Positions 12,237 to 25,500 of a stretch of DNA of 64,000 nt are shown piece by piece; position 1 is the first letter of the stretch, and each line of letters starts with the position of its first letter. Source of the stretch: Stylophora pistillata (taxonomy: Eukaryota). Where the stretch lies: the NCBI RefSeq assembly GCF_002571385.2, contig NW_019217850.1, positions 294,283-358,282 on the forward strand, in the 5' to 3' direction. Under the pieces are notes generated by a model, which was given only the letters and a program-made list of their open reading frames with translations, had not been told where the DNA came from and made no database searches. The position numbers were made by a program, and so were the translations under genes.

Positions 12237-15164
12237 TAACATATCTAAGCGAATTATAAAATGTCTGCCATAATGCAGCAATGTAATGACTTCAGCGGCA
12301 GTCAAAATAAAGACGTTAGGCTTTCATGGGAGACTAACATCCACAATAAAAAAAAAAAAAAAAAAAAAACGCCTTCAAATATTACCTCTCCGTTGATAGT
12401 TTGAAAAAGATACATTTACCAAATAAAAAAGGAAGGGACATTTTGAAATTAAAGCTAATAATGACGCTTATGAGTTAGCAACATAACAATAATGGTAAAG
12501 TTTGAACACGTCCTCTCGAGCAAAGGAACATCTCCATTTGTTTCCTCACGATTGTAGCTTGGAAAACTGAACCATTACGTTAATTCGAAGTAGTGAAAGA
12601 GCTAGAACGTTTTTGTTTTGTGAAGACAAGTATGCACAGAACATACATGTGAAATTTATCTTAGTTTCCAATGGAAAAGAGGAAGCTACAGAGCGAATAT
12701 TCTAAACTGAATATCTTATACCAATGCACTAAAGAGACGTTACGTCATGATTTCTGGAGTCACTACTAACGTCAAAACCTTGCTCCTAATTCCTTAAATC
12801 GTCTGACTCTGCAGATGTCTACCACTATATTGAACTGAATGAAGTCAACCGGTGTTATCAATCACATCAGAGTCATTGAAGTACTTCCATACTATCAGAC
12901 AGCGAATTTCGCTTTTTTACGGAATCGCAAATTATGGGCAATGGAGTACATAGACGTGACGGACTGAAACTTTTTCACGGGCAAGGAATTGGAGTCAAAT
13001 CGCAACGACTGTTCATTCTATTTCACACTGACTGATCTTGTGATTGACAAATTTATGTGCGAGTGTCCCAGGCAAATGGGTACAAGTAACATTTCGATCC
13101 TTCTTGCTTTTCCTTTGGAAATAGGGATCCATATCCTGTTTTGTTAGAATCAGAATTTAACAACACATAATAATAATCTGAAGTTCCAACAGCTAGCCCT
13201 GACGAAATAAAAGTTAACTTACTCAAAAGAGTTCCTTCCTTAAATGTTGTTCGACAATGCTGTTGCTGGAATTGAAAATCCCAACTTCAAGTCCCATAAT
13301 CTTAAGATATTGCAATCTTATGATATTGCAACCTTTATATATTGCAACGCGCCATAAACTTTGTCCCTCACAGCGTGAGCGTTCAATCTGATATAACTGC
13401 TACAGAAAAAAAAAAAAAAAACACTCTCTTAAAAGGATTTTGAGTCGACACAAAGATGGAACATTGCAACTCGAGGTTATATTTCTTTAATTACCTCTAA
13501 TCTCTATGGGAAATATGCACGGCATAAACAAACCAATCAAGTGTTTAAAAAAAACTTCAAGTGGTCACGCGCCTCTGTATCAACAGGTGTTTACTCATAA
13601 GTTCGCCAAGTTAGATGAAATGTTTTTAAAGGGGAGATTTTTAAAGGTTTAAGGTCTCGGAGAAGAATAAATAGCAATGAAATAATGTACCTTGCGTCTA
13701 AGTTCCCTTGAATAAAAGGTGAGCACCACCGATATCCGACCCTTACGGTTCCGAGACAGCCACTTACGCTTTAAAGGCTCGTTTTGTCTCAATATTTTGT
13801 CTAATCCCAAAATATCGACGACAATACTCTATTTTGTCGGGCGCGTAGGACATCTGTATCACATAGCAACGTACAATGTCGTTACATCCAGACGTAATCA
13901 CCTTACAACCTTGTTATCTTCTTCTTATTGCAAACAAATCACTGCTCCGAGATGTTTTTGTTAAAAGATAGATTATTGGTAATAGGAGAAAATTAAAAAG
14001 AAATTTTAAAAAATTCAGCAGATATATTATGCAATGATCACCTTCCCTGAAGGGAGAAGATGTAAGTAGAAATACAAAACCACCGAACACTATTAAAGGT
14101 GCAACAGGAAGGCTTTATTTTAGTCCTGAAAGAGTAAAGGAAATTACTTGAAAATTTGTGAGAAAATCTTGTCAAGTCTAAACAATAAACCTGTCGACAG
14201 ATTTCGCAAGACTGTCGGAACTTGTCTCTTCCAAGTAACCTAAATTTTAGCTCCGTTCTCCTTTCTCTTTTAAATTTCGCTATCAAATAAAGAACATAAA
14301 ATGTTACATCTTACATAAAACGATATGGATTCCTTGTGTTCGATTTTCCAATGATTCTTGAGCCTGCACTAAATATACTGTACTTCTAAAAATAAGGAAA
14401 CCTCAAAAAAACAATTTACTTCAAACAAGTTTGGACTAGTGGCCCACCCTCGAAGCGATGACACACTTAGTTGGAATATAAAGATAACTGAACAATTAAG
14501 TAGTTACAGGGGGTTAAACTGATTTACAGACTCCCTGGTTGAACAGTTCCAATTTCAATCAAATCAAAATTGTTTGAAATTAAATTGATAAATCGTCAAT
14601 CTAAAGCTTTAAGATAATAATAACAGCTCTAACGCTTTTTGTCGATATTTTGAAAAACTAATTTTGCAGAGGGAAAAGTGGTTTACAACCACCCTAGCAC
14701 GACTAGGATGTTTTTTTCGTTCTAGCATGTAATCCTAAGCAATGGTCTGAACGAAAACTATTATACAGTACTTCTTAATTCCTCATTGTCAGTGAAGCGC
14801 TTTTAAAGAAGAACTTCACTTGTACGCGACTAAGTATCAGTTTTTTTTTTTTAGATGGAACGTCTGTGCTGTAGTATTTCCTTATTAAAAGTTTCAAATG
14901 AGAAGATCAGCCGAGCTAGCCCTACCGATATGTGCCCATCCAAATGAAGTTTCTATTTCATGATGTAACATTTCAGTCATTCGCAATAGAGTTATAATCG
15001 ACAATTGCACTAAAATGAATGCCTGGTCGTGTGTCATGGGCTTATAAGATCAAGCTAATTCCTTATTTCCCTGCATTGTATCCACTGTTTTCGTGGAATT
15101 TGAGCAAAGAATTCCAAAACCTTTCGAAAAGATACCTTTTAATTTTTTTTTTTTTCGTCCACTT

Positions 15165-15218
15165 TACTTCCGGTCACTCCCGACTGAAGATACTTCCGGT
15201 CACTCCCGATTGAAGATA
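15165..15218. repeat. 26-bp tandem duplication, each unit containing ACCGGAAGTA (minus strand)
   Basis: TACTTCCGGTCACTCCCGAYTGAAGA x2. Confidence 0.85.
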
Positions 15219-15561
15219 AGGGCATTACAGTTCTTTATCGTCCATTAATTATTGAAACAGAATGATTTAATGCGATGAAAATAATTACGCCGACGGAATT
15301 CAGGAAACAAAGACTTTTTAGAACGTAGAGAACGCCCCAGAAAATGATCGCAATTGATAGCTATCTCAGACATTTGCATACGTCGCGGCGGCTAAGAGCT
15401 CAAGCCTCACATTATAAAATCACAAATGTACAACAAGAAGTCAATGAGTTCGAGCATAAGTAACACTGTTACTCAATTTGGAAATCCTGAGGAGGTGCAC
15501 ACCGTTGTGTGACCAAATGACCTTTGTTTCTGCCACGATTTTTAGAATCATGTCTGACCGG

Positions 15562-15644
15562 ATGTTTAGAGAATGTTTAACGTTACGTTACGGAGAATAG
15601 CATGTTTGGAGAATGTTTAACGTTACGTTACGGAGAGTAGCATG
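15562..15644. repeat. 40-bp tandem duplication
   Basis: ATGTTTRGAGAATGTTTAACGTTACGTTACGGAGARTAGC x2. Confidence 0.9.
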
Positions 15645-16608
15645 ATCGAAGTTTTACCATGCACCACAACGATTGGACAGAGCTTCGCGACGGTCGGTAA
15701 GAAATATTACAAGGAGAGGTTGTTCGATTTCTTACGTTTCTGATAAACTGATAGGCTTTCAGAGATACACGAAACAAAAGTAGTTTGAGGATACGAGCTA
15801 AAAAAACATTAAACTGACTAACAAAAGGTTATTTTTAAATACTGAACTTAACCGCCCTACAGTAATTATCAATTAGTGACTTACTGAATAAAAACACGAA
15901 GTTAGAAAAACAGGTATCGGACTAATTCTCACTTTAAGTTCATGAAGGCTCTCTTATATTTCTTACAATTGAGACTGAAAATCGACCATTAACCTACAAA
16001 TCATGAAAGCCTTAAGAGTGAAAAGCGTTCATACGTATGCTTTGCTTGGATCTACATGCATTCTGTTGCAAAAGGACAAAAGTTCTCGGGGTTTCGTATC
16101 GTATGACCAGCAGTTGGGTTTGGAAAAATGAAATGCATTTTGTACTTGCAATTGTAAAAGTCGGATCTTAAAGGTTAATAAGTTGTACTACATGATGAGT
16201 CCTGATTATTTTTTAAAGTGAATCTTAGCTGAGTGAATAAATGGCTAGAAGCATCAACTTCATATCGTTTCTAAACAGTTAAAACACCTGATTACACTAA
16301 AGCAAACCCTTGTGTTAAGATTTAAAACAAACACTCAGCTTAAATGCAATAGTCGGAGTGAGCTTGAAAGCCCTATCTTTAATTTTAGAGATAGAAAAAG
16401 AAAATTTAAGTTACCGTCATATCACTTCGAAAGATAAGGTAGTAGATATACAGCTAGGGAGTTAAGAATTTCTCCGATGCGCAGCAGTGTTGAAGAGCTA
16501 ACATGGAAAAATGAGAGCTATAGTCAAATCTGCATGAAAATAATGGCTTCCATACCCCTATTTGAACCTATCCCGAATACAATCAGCAAGCAACGACAAA
16601 TTAAGGTC

Positions 16609-16780
16609 GAATCAACTTAATGGCCTGCTCCCAGTTGGCTGGTTAGCTCAATTGGTAGAGCGCTGCACTAGTATCGCAGAGGTCAGTGGTTCGAATCCCG
16701 TACAGGCCTGATTTTTTTAAGTCTGATTTTCGCTATTGCATAGATAGCGCTCTCTACTGCGAGGATCGTGCATCATACGT
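16609..16780 (+). mobile_element. tRNA-derived SINE (tRNA-like head 16637-16708)
   Basis: Pol III A box TAGCTCAATTGG and B box GGTTCGAATCC with imperfect acceptor and anticodon stems; body shared with the copies at 4109 and 59239; 11-bp direct repeat AAATTAAGGTC (16598-16608, 16781-16791). Confidence 0.85.
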
Positions 16781-19207
16781 AAATTAAGGTCCGTCTCTCT
16801 GCTTTGTACCTTCAGTTGTAGACACTGTTACTTGGATCACTTGCTTCTTCCCCACCCTCTTGGCCTTTTCCCACCTCAGTGCTGATCAACGGTCGCACTA
16901 ATTCTGTTCCGTGATCAGCACTTGAAAACACTCGGCCGGCATTGACATGGTCTGGAAAAAGGCATCTGTTACGACAGATGCGACTGGAGTGCAGATCACT
17001 TCAACAATTCATCAGTACTTATTCGCCTGGGAAAAGAGATAAGCTGTACAAAACCGAAGTGTGTTGCACGCTCGGCTGGAAAGGACATGAAACAGGCCTG
17101 AACTTCGACCTTCGCAATTATTCTCTTCGTTATCACATACCTCGTCCAATTTCGATGTTTAAGGAATTTTTTTCATCCAATTAGTTGGACAACAGATCTT
17201 CTTTTTGTCATTTTTTGGCATATTATTTAGCGTGATGTCTAAGAACAGGCATCTAATATATGCCCAACTATAGTGCCCTAACTTCCTAATGGCTGCAACA
17301 CTTTTCCTGAGTGTTTCTTTTGTGTGAGTAAAGTGTGATTACTCTGAATTGCGTCTACGCAGCATTTATTGTTAAATATCAACGACAACGATTTTAAGCC
17401 ATGGAATTTTCACTTTCACTCTCAAACGTAATTATTCAGTCCAATCCTATAAGTAAACAGGTTTGAAGGTATTTGTAATGTTACTTCATACCGCTCCATC
17501 ACGTTCTCCTATTTAATCTGGGCGATTTTCTTAAACCATGGTTGATGTAATTAGCTTCCTGTTTGAAGAATTTTATAATAACGAGATCATAACAGGAGTT
17601 ATTTTTGAGATATTCGTCCTCAAATCAATTTGGACTTAGCCCTGCGAACACATCCATTAAACATGTTACTCGTATATTAAGGTACGTAAACTGACAAACG
17701 CGATTTTAGGAATCCTTAGTTAATCGGTTTAGAAAACTAAACAGGTTATCAAGAAATACACTAAGACAAAACATTTGCAAAAGGACTTTGGTGTTCACGT
17801 GGGATAAACATGATACCAGGTGATTACCAAATCTTGATATTTCATATACAAAAAAAGCTCCGGGATCTTATCCCAGCGAACGCTTCGCGTGCAAGCAGAC
17901 GCTTCGTTGCGACGGTCGAAAACAAAGTTATCCGTAATGAGCACCATATATTTGCTTACTTCAAAAAGGAGGATTTGATGAGCAATTTATCACAATTAAC
18001 CTTTTCCCACAAATTCTCTCAAACAAAATACTTAAGTAATTATACTTTAATGGAAGTTTATCTCAAAACCGCTAAAGGGCCAAAAAAAATGCTTCAAGAC
18101 TAAAAATAATCACTGTCGGAAAAAAAAAATACTTTCAAGATTTAGTTAAAAACTTGAATAGTCAATTAGATTGTTTTCATTTGTTGTTAGATTATAATTC
18201 CTTTATTCACAATGTGGATAAAAACTCAGCCCTTAAAGGACATGTTGAACAGACTACTTCTGCTACGCAGAAGCAAAGTTTGAGCGGGGCATTTGATATC
18301 TTCCATCTCCAGCAACAAAAGTTCACGACATAAAATGTTTTCAGTTAACACCCCATGGCTATTTCATTTCTTTTCTTCAAAAAGTCAAAATACCAATCAG
18401 AGAAAACGTAGTGCGTTTTACTAGCTGTGGGGAACCTGACTATAAATGTCATGTGACAAGGGTGTCTCTAATGGACTTCGTGATTGTGCTTAACCCAGCT
18501 TGATCTTTCGACCAGCTTTATATTGTGATATTTTTTCTTTTATTTGTGTCTCTGAGAGTGCAGTTTTTCCCAGGAAGCCCTCACTCACTGCGTCAAAAGA
18601 AGAAAGAAAAAGGACCAGACGTGACACCTTGCACGCTAGAGACTGAGTATTGGCTCTGTGAAAACACAATAACGTCAGGCGATTTATAATTAATACAAAC
18701 AGCTGTTTTGAAAGGGCGGCAATATTGAAAATGCTGCTCTTGCAGCGAAGTGCACAAATTTAAGTGATCTCTCTGAGTAGAAGTACCGCTTGAAGATTCG
18801 TCTTGTTTAGTCAGGAGCATCAAAGAATATCTTGATAAAAAGACTTTCTTTTGTCTTGCAGACGACATTTTCACGAGTCCAAATCTGAACGAAACGGTCG
18901 GAATCTGTATACAAAGAGGAATTTGGCTAAGACCGATATATAGTTTTGTAATTGAGCTCTGCATGTTCGTTCGTCAAAAAATAAATATTTCTTTATCAAA
19001 CAGTCTCGTCTTCAAAATGACTGCAGAAAGATAAGCCATTTCTCCACACAATCAGGGAGTTACTCTCAACCAATCATTGAATTCAAGTTCTCCTTAAGGT
19101 TTGAAGTTAAAAAAAAACTTTGTCACGTAAGGATTTTTTTTTTTCAGTGAAGGGAAATTTTTAAAACGAATACCCTGAAGAGCATAGGACGACGGCTATC
19201 CAATATT

Positions 19208-19575
19208 AGGGACCTTACGCAATCAGGACTGCAACGCCAAGGAAGACTTCGATTAAAAAAATGAATTTCTACTCTTAGTTAGAATTTAAAAAATGGTTGC
19301 AGGAGCTTACTGTCTTATACGGCGCCACAGCTCAACTTCAGCATGACGAATAAAAGTAGCGTTGAGTTCCAAATGGAAATTAAAATAATTTGCCGTCGCG
19401 GTTTCGGTTCGCAGACGACGCAAATTTTGGCGATTTCATGTTGTTGTTTTGCATAGGACGGCTAAGAAATGTACAAAGTTTCAAAACGCACCTGCTGAGC
19501 TATTGTTCTGCCAATTAGATCTCTTGTTTTTCCACGTCCTCGTTGCCGTCGCCGTCGTGGTGGCGTAAGGTCCCT
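19208..19575. mobile_element. MITE with AGGGACCTTACGC TIRs
   Basis: Perfect 13-bp TIRs; ATT on both flanks (possible 3-bp TSD). Confidence 0.8.
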
Positions 19576-22500
19576 ATTGAGTATGATAATAAGCCTTACA
19601 ACAGACGAATGAAGAAGAAATAAAAATACTGCTGTGGTTTAAGAAGAGCTTCAAAAAAAGCGACATTTTTTCCCTCACGGTGTTTCATCGTTTTGGTTAT
19701 TAAAACATTTTGGAAGGAATGGAGGGAAAGTTGGCTTCAAAGAGCGAGCTTAGAAATGTATGAAAGTTAAATTTTTGGCCGCCAAGTTTGCAAGAAGCCA
19801 ATAGTCGTTCAAACTGATCTAACAAAGATAAAATTACACATCAACTTGCTGTAGTAACTTGCAGGATCTTGAATACATTTGATTACAAGCCTAAACAGGC
19901 CAATAAACACTTCCATCGTCAACTTTAAATGAAACTCGATAGACATAGTTGCGTGCAACGGTTGTCAAAGAGTGTTTTTTGCAAAGTCTGGACCTTTCGC
20001 TTCTAGAAAATGTATCGAGAATCTAATGTCACTCGTAAATCAAGCTTAAGTGGACATTTCCGATTACAATGCATCTATTTTCACCTAAACAGCTCGGTTC
20101 AAATTGCAAAAGCACATTCCTTCAGAATTAATTTGGCAAAAGCAAAAAAGCAGCGCAGATTGGACAACCATTGGCCATCACACCAGCATAATTCCACAAT
20201 GCATTAGGTCTTCTCTACGATAACTGTCGGTGAATCGGAACTGTTAATCTACATCAGTCTTTCTAACGACAAAGGTAAAACGGAATCGAAGATAAAATAT
20301 GTCGGTCTATAAATTGAATTTAGGAAAGCTTGGGTCTGATATCAGTGTTCAAATGCCTAGCCGTGGTGAGGTCAGTGCGATAACAATCGTATGATAGCGC
20401 GCATTGGTTTATCTAGCCCTGCATATGGTGAAGAATTTCCGATTTTACGAACAATTCAGTCGGTATTAAACATATCAGTGAGGAACCATACCACGACCAA
20501 AAGGTTGACGCGTCTGCAGTAACAATTGCATAGACAGAACAGTAACACACTAGTCACATACACGGTGTTATCTTTGAAGGCGAGAAGTCAGAAAACACCA
20601 AAACTACGGAGTCAGTTCGCGAAACTGTATGGGGTGATTTCCTTGTAGATAAGGAAGAAACTCATCTTCGCGGTTATTATTTCAAGCGGCTGTCGTCAAT
20701 TTCAAGCTTGCGACTCCTTGAGCCGAAAACATTTGTGTCGATGTGTCTCACTGCATGTAAAAATAATAGCACGTCATTAAGTCGTCTGAATGCCCGAAGA
20801 TCAGTCAATTTGGTTCAAGTCACAACCGAGTGCTATCTGTCGCTTAATGCTCAGGTTTAATTCTCGCGATGGTCAATCAGTTAGGGGCGAGAAAACTTGC
20901 CTAATTCTATCAGAACTGTTTTATCACAAGTCCAGCGTTCACCTGAGCGCTTGCTAAATTCTGCCTCATCCCGCCGAGTCAAATCAACTGATCTTTGCCG
21001 GTGAACCTGTGTCATCTCACAACACAAATTTGACGAGTTTGGTTAACCACGATTAAGCAAAAAATCCAAAGCAACAACAAAACTAAACGTGGACGTGCCC
21101 TATGCCCACTATTGGTTTCTTTCCAATCGAAACTATTGGCGCACGAGGTTTGGATTAGAAACTCTTCACAAAACAAAATTGGGTTAGAAAAAAATTATTG
21201 AAAGCTCTTTCCGTTTTTGACGCGTGGCTGCAATTAACACTTTTAAACGCTTTTAAAAATAACGATTCCTAAAGCTGTTATGTTTGAAGCTTGCGTGAGA
21301 GTAGTCGGGTTTCCCGTAGAAGTCAATTGCAGTAAATTTAATCCTATTTAAGAAGTTAAAACATTTCCTCAGCTTTTAAAGAAAAAAGGGCCGTAAAACC
21401 CGCTTTCGCGCCAGATATGCCACATTCGGTACGGAGATGTTTTGGCAGAGAGTTAGGCGTTTCTCCTCTGAACTCATGTGAGAGACGTATACAGCCACTT
21501 GAAAATCAGTAAATCCAGATATCACCACCGAAAAAAGTCGGTATTCAAATTGCTTCCTCTGAACTTCAACTCAAGGTGCGTTTAAATCACATCTATTTGA
21601 CAATAGGGGATTCTCAGCCCACGAGTGGTTGTCATTTAGGCTTGATTAGGAATTTCAGATATTCACATTACACTTTTTGTTAGAGTAAATATTTAGATTC
21701 AAAACTGGCGTTTGAAGACTGAAATCCGACCAACTGATTCACTAAAAAGAAACCTCTCCAAATTCCGAGCCTAAACTCCCCTAAATAAAGCACTTTAGAA
21801 AAATTTCATTAGTTCGACATCCGCAAAGAAACAATCGTTATTAACACAGTCAAGGAAGAAAAGAACACAAAGTTATCTTTTTCTTTGATAAGAATGAATT
21901 TTGTTCACATGATACATGTCTGGCCACTTATGGGTTTATCTTCGCTTGATACAAATTTTCTAAGGCTATTAACAGGCAAATAGCACAAGAAATTTTCTTG
22001 TTCCGACATAACCCTTTATAAAAGTCATCTTGGAAGGAAACAGTTTATCGCTAAAAGGTTACTCAATCCTGCGGAAGAGTTGCGAAAGTGCTTTTATTCA
22101 GTTGAATAGGTAGGCAAAAAAAAAAAAAACTATTTGGTAAGTGCAATTTGCAAAAATACCAGCCTTTTATGATTGAAGATAGATCTCCTTTATGATAGCA
22201 GTCAGTTTAATCTTTATCCGGAAATTATGTGCTCTGAACTCAAAGCCATAGTTTTATTGCGTGATTGATCCAGTAAAACAGTTTTCCTTTTTCAATAGTT
22301 TAGAGCTTTCCGATTAGTTCTGTGATTGTACAGGCGACACGTACCTTTTAGTTACGCACAAAATCTGACTCGAAACTGGGCCATTTAGTGATAGCTCACA
22401 TAAATAAGCTCACACAAATAAGGGTGTTCTAAATAATGTTAAACAATCACACTTGCAGCTTTCACCGGCTGAGGATAAAGGTCCCAAACAAAACAACCTA

Positions 22501-25500
22501 GCCAGAGCTGTTCTCAAATGTTTCGGTGGCTAAATGCGACAAACCACGAAATTCTGGTTGCGCGTGCACAAATTTCCCCAATAGATCACGGTTAACGCCG
22601 CTACTAAGCGGAACATTAAAGTTTGACTTGCTCACCTTAGAAAGATTTACTTACGTTGACGTACGGTTTCTTAGTTTTTGAAACGGCCGAAGTAGTGCTC
22701 GTTTTTATCAGTCCAGTCACAGAACCAGGTCGCGAGTTCTACGATAGCTATGATCATAAACCTAATGCGCTGTCCTTTGCTCATGCACAAGATGTCAAAA
22801 CATTTGACAATAAACATACACACAGGCGGTACCTTTTAAACATACGAGCCGCGGTAGCTATTAAAAAGAGAAAAATTTGGACTCTAAGTACCTCACCTTT
22901 TATCCTCGGTTGTGACAGACATCCGATAAATTCGGATAAATGAAATCAGCTTCTTCTACCCAAATAAGGCTGTATCTCATTGTAATACGTTTTTACTTTT
23001 CCTCTTTTCTTGTAAAGGTTTCTTCGGCGAAAATAATCGATCGAGATTACGGGGTCAAAGCTGCTTATCTCAGTATAAAAGAGCCCCCCTTTCCGACTTG
23101 ATAAGGTGTTGTTTGCTTTCACAAGAAATTGTTTTATATGGCTACTCGTAAACCTTACAGAACTTATAATGATGAGTATTGTTTTCGTCAAATTGCCTAA
23201 TCAATAGCTGTGGAGCCTTCGAAAAAAATTTGAGACGCACTTTTTTGAAACAGGTGCCTCAGAAATCGCCAGGAACGCTTCAGGCGATACAAGATGGAAA
23301 GTAACCCGCAAAGGACATACACCTTTTCGCGACATATTGGTTTGATAACTTGGCATGAACAAATCACTTTGATCTGAACTGTACAACACCACGGAAATGT
23401 GATCAGGCTTACTTAATATAAACAGTTTTAGCCCGAGTGTGCGTGGGTGTGAAAACTCACTTCTTCCACATACCTATATTCCCACTCTGAGCTCATCCGA
23501 AAAAAGGGCCGAAGTCTTTTATCTGTAGACCGCCTGATTATTTGTTCCTTTCACGCCGCGGACTTCGCGCACGTAAAAGGACCGTCGGCTTTCTTAACAT
23601 GAGAACAACGCTGAATCACTTCATTAATTATAACTCGTGCTTTCACTTTGACTCATTAACGAGGAATTACTACAATAATATCATTTCTGAGACAGGATAT
23701 CTGAACGTTAAATATTACATGTCTGCTCTTTTGATATTAATCATTCCGAGCCCGTATACTTACATATATCGCGCGAAATCCCTTTAAAACTAAAGATTGA
23801 TGTAGTTCTAATTTCTCCTCACAAAAGTACAATATTGCCGTGGTTATAACTAGATTAGCACCTAGCAGCTGTAAGAAAGTTACTTTTCTGACACTTGTCT
23901 GAAAAATGTTCCCATATTCAGTTGAGAGCGTCAGTTCCACCCAGGACAATTGCCATACTGTTCAATTATCCAATTAATAGAAAAACAGCTTTGTTTAAGT
24001 AAAAGGTTTCAAGTAATAAAGGAAATAAAAACGATTTACATTTGAAAATACACAATTATCTCTGAAAATCGCCATTTATGCCGCATTAAATGGCACAAAG
24101 AACTTTCCGGTTTTTCATAAAAATCATCTTTTCAACTAAGTGCAAAATGTTATGAAGGAAGCAGTGACTGGAAGGTTTGGAGAATATTTGAAATTATTGC
24201 AATTCCCATACGAAGTAATCATCAAAGCGGAAGTGTTACAAATTAGTTACAAATGGAGAACACCAACAATCACAACCGAACATAACTACTGCAGGATATA
24301 AATATAATAAAAATAGATACGCACGAATTGTAATATCTGTTTCATTTCACCGGGTGCGCCCACTCATCTTCAAAACTGCGTAGATAACACCAACACGCAA
24401 GAAAAATATCACTCTGATATTTTGTCTGCAGCTAGGCACTACCTTAACTCGATTTTGAGGCAGTTTTACTTATTCACTTTGACAATTTGTCGGACGGTCT
24501 GCATAGCAAGCTGTTTGGGAGGAGGCTTAAGCAGTGGGCCGCAAAAATGAGCGGTGAAGCTGTAAGAAGAATGGGAAAGAGGGACTCAAAATCGCCAACT
24601 CCGGCGTCAAAAGCACCGACGAAGATTATTTATGTAGTCTTACCGCCCTCTTTTATGCTTGAACTAAAATTTGTCGTCATAATTACGAACTGCTCTCATA
24701 CAATCAATATTTCCATTCTGAAGTCTTTTCTACCTTAAACATTAATTTGGTGAAGAGTTCATTGGCACTACAATTCTGAAAAAAATAGGAAATTACCCTT
24801 TGTTTCTAGACTGTTTTTTCATGATTTATCTCAACTTGGCCTTTTCAGAACCAAAGTGATCGAAAGAAAAAAAACACTGAAATCACGAATCAACAGTCTT
24901 AGGGACAAAAATAATTTTTACAAAAATTGGTAGTCATGTACTCACCCAGAAAGTGAAACGTCACTGAAAGAGCGTTCTCAATGTCAAATTCTGTAAGATT
25001 TCACTTTGATAAATGAACAAAACAATTTAAATGGTCCGACGTAGGAAATGTTCGTCGAATGTTCTAAATTCTACGCTTGAAAACACTTGTCGCTCTGTCT
25101 GTACCAATCACAGAAGAGGTTCAAAAAACTAGACACGACAGTTCGCGAGCAGGGATTGGTTGAAACCCACTACGGTATAAGTCTATTGAAACACTGAAAC
25201 TATATCAAGTGCTGGTGGGTGCTTAAAATGGCTCATACCATTTTCTGTTTTCCCGTCAACACAAGGTCGGAAAACAGTTCTTTCGGTATCTTCTATTAAA
25301 TGACCACTACTTAACGGGAACTCGAGAGGAATTTTTTTTTCACCTCCTTTTAACTGTTGTAAAAATCGTTGAAGCTCACTGAGCTTGAAATTATCCTTTA
25401 CTGCTGTGTGGAAGTTGAACTATGTTTGAAATAAAAACATACTGAGCATGCTAACTAATCGTGGACCCGATACTAAACTCGCGTGGCTAAGACCGACTCC

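Noticed and set aside
16637-16708. Functional tRNA gene (AGT anticodon)
   Set aside because: Acceptor and anticodon stems are mispaired, and it is embedded in a TSD-flanked SINE whose body recurs elsewhere.
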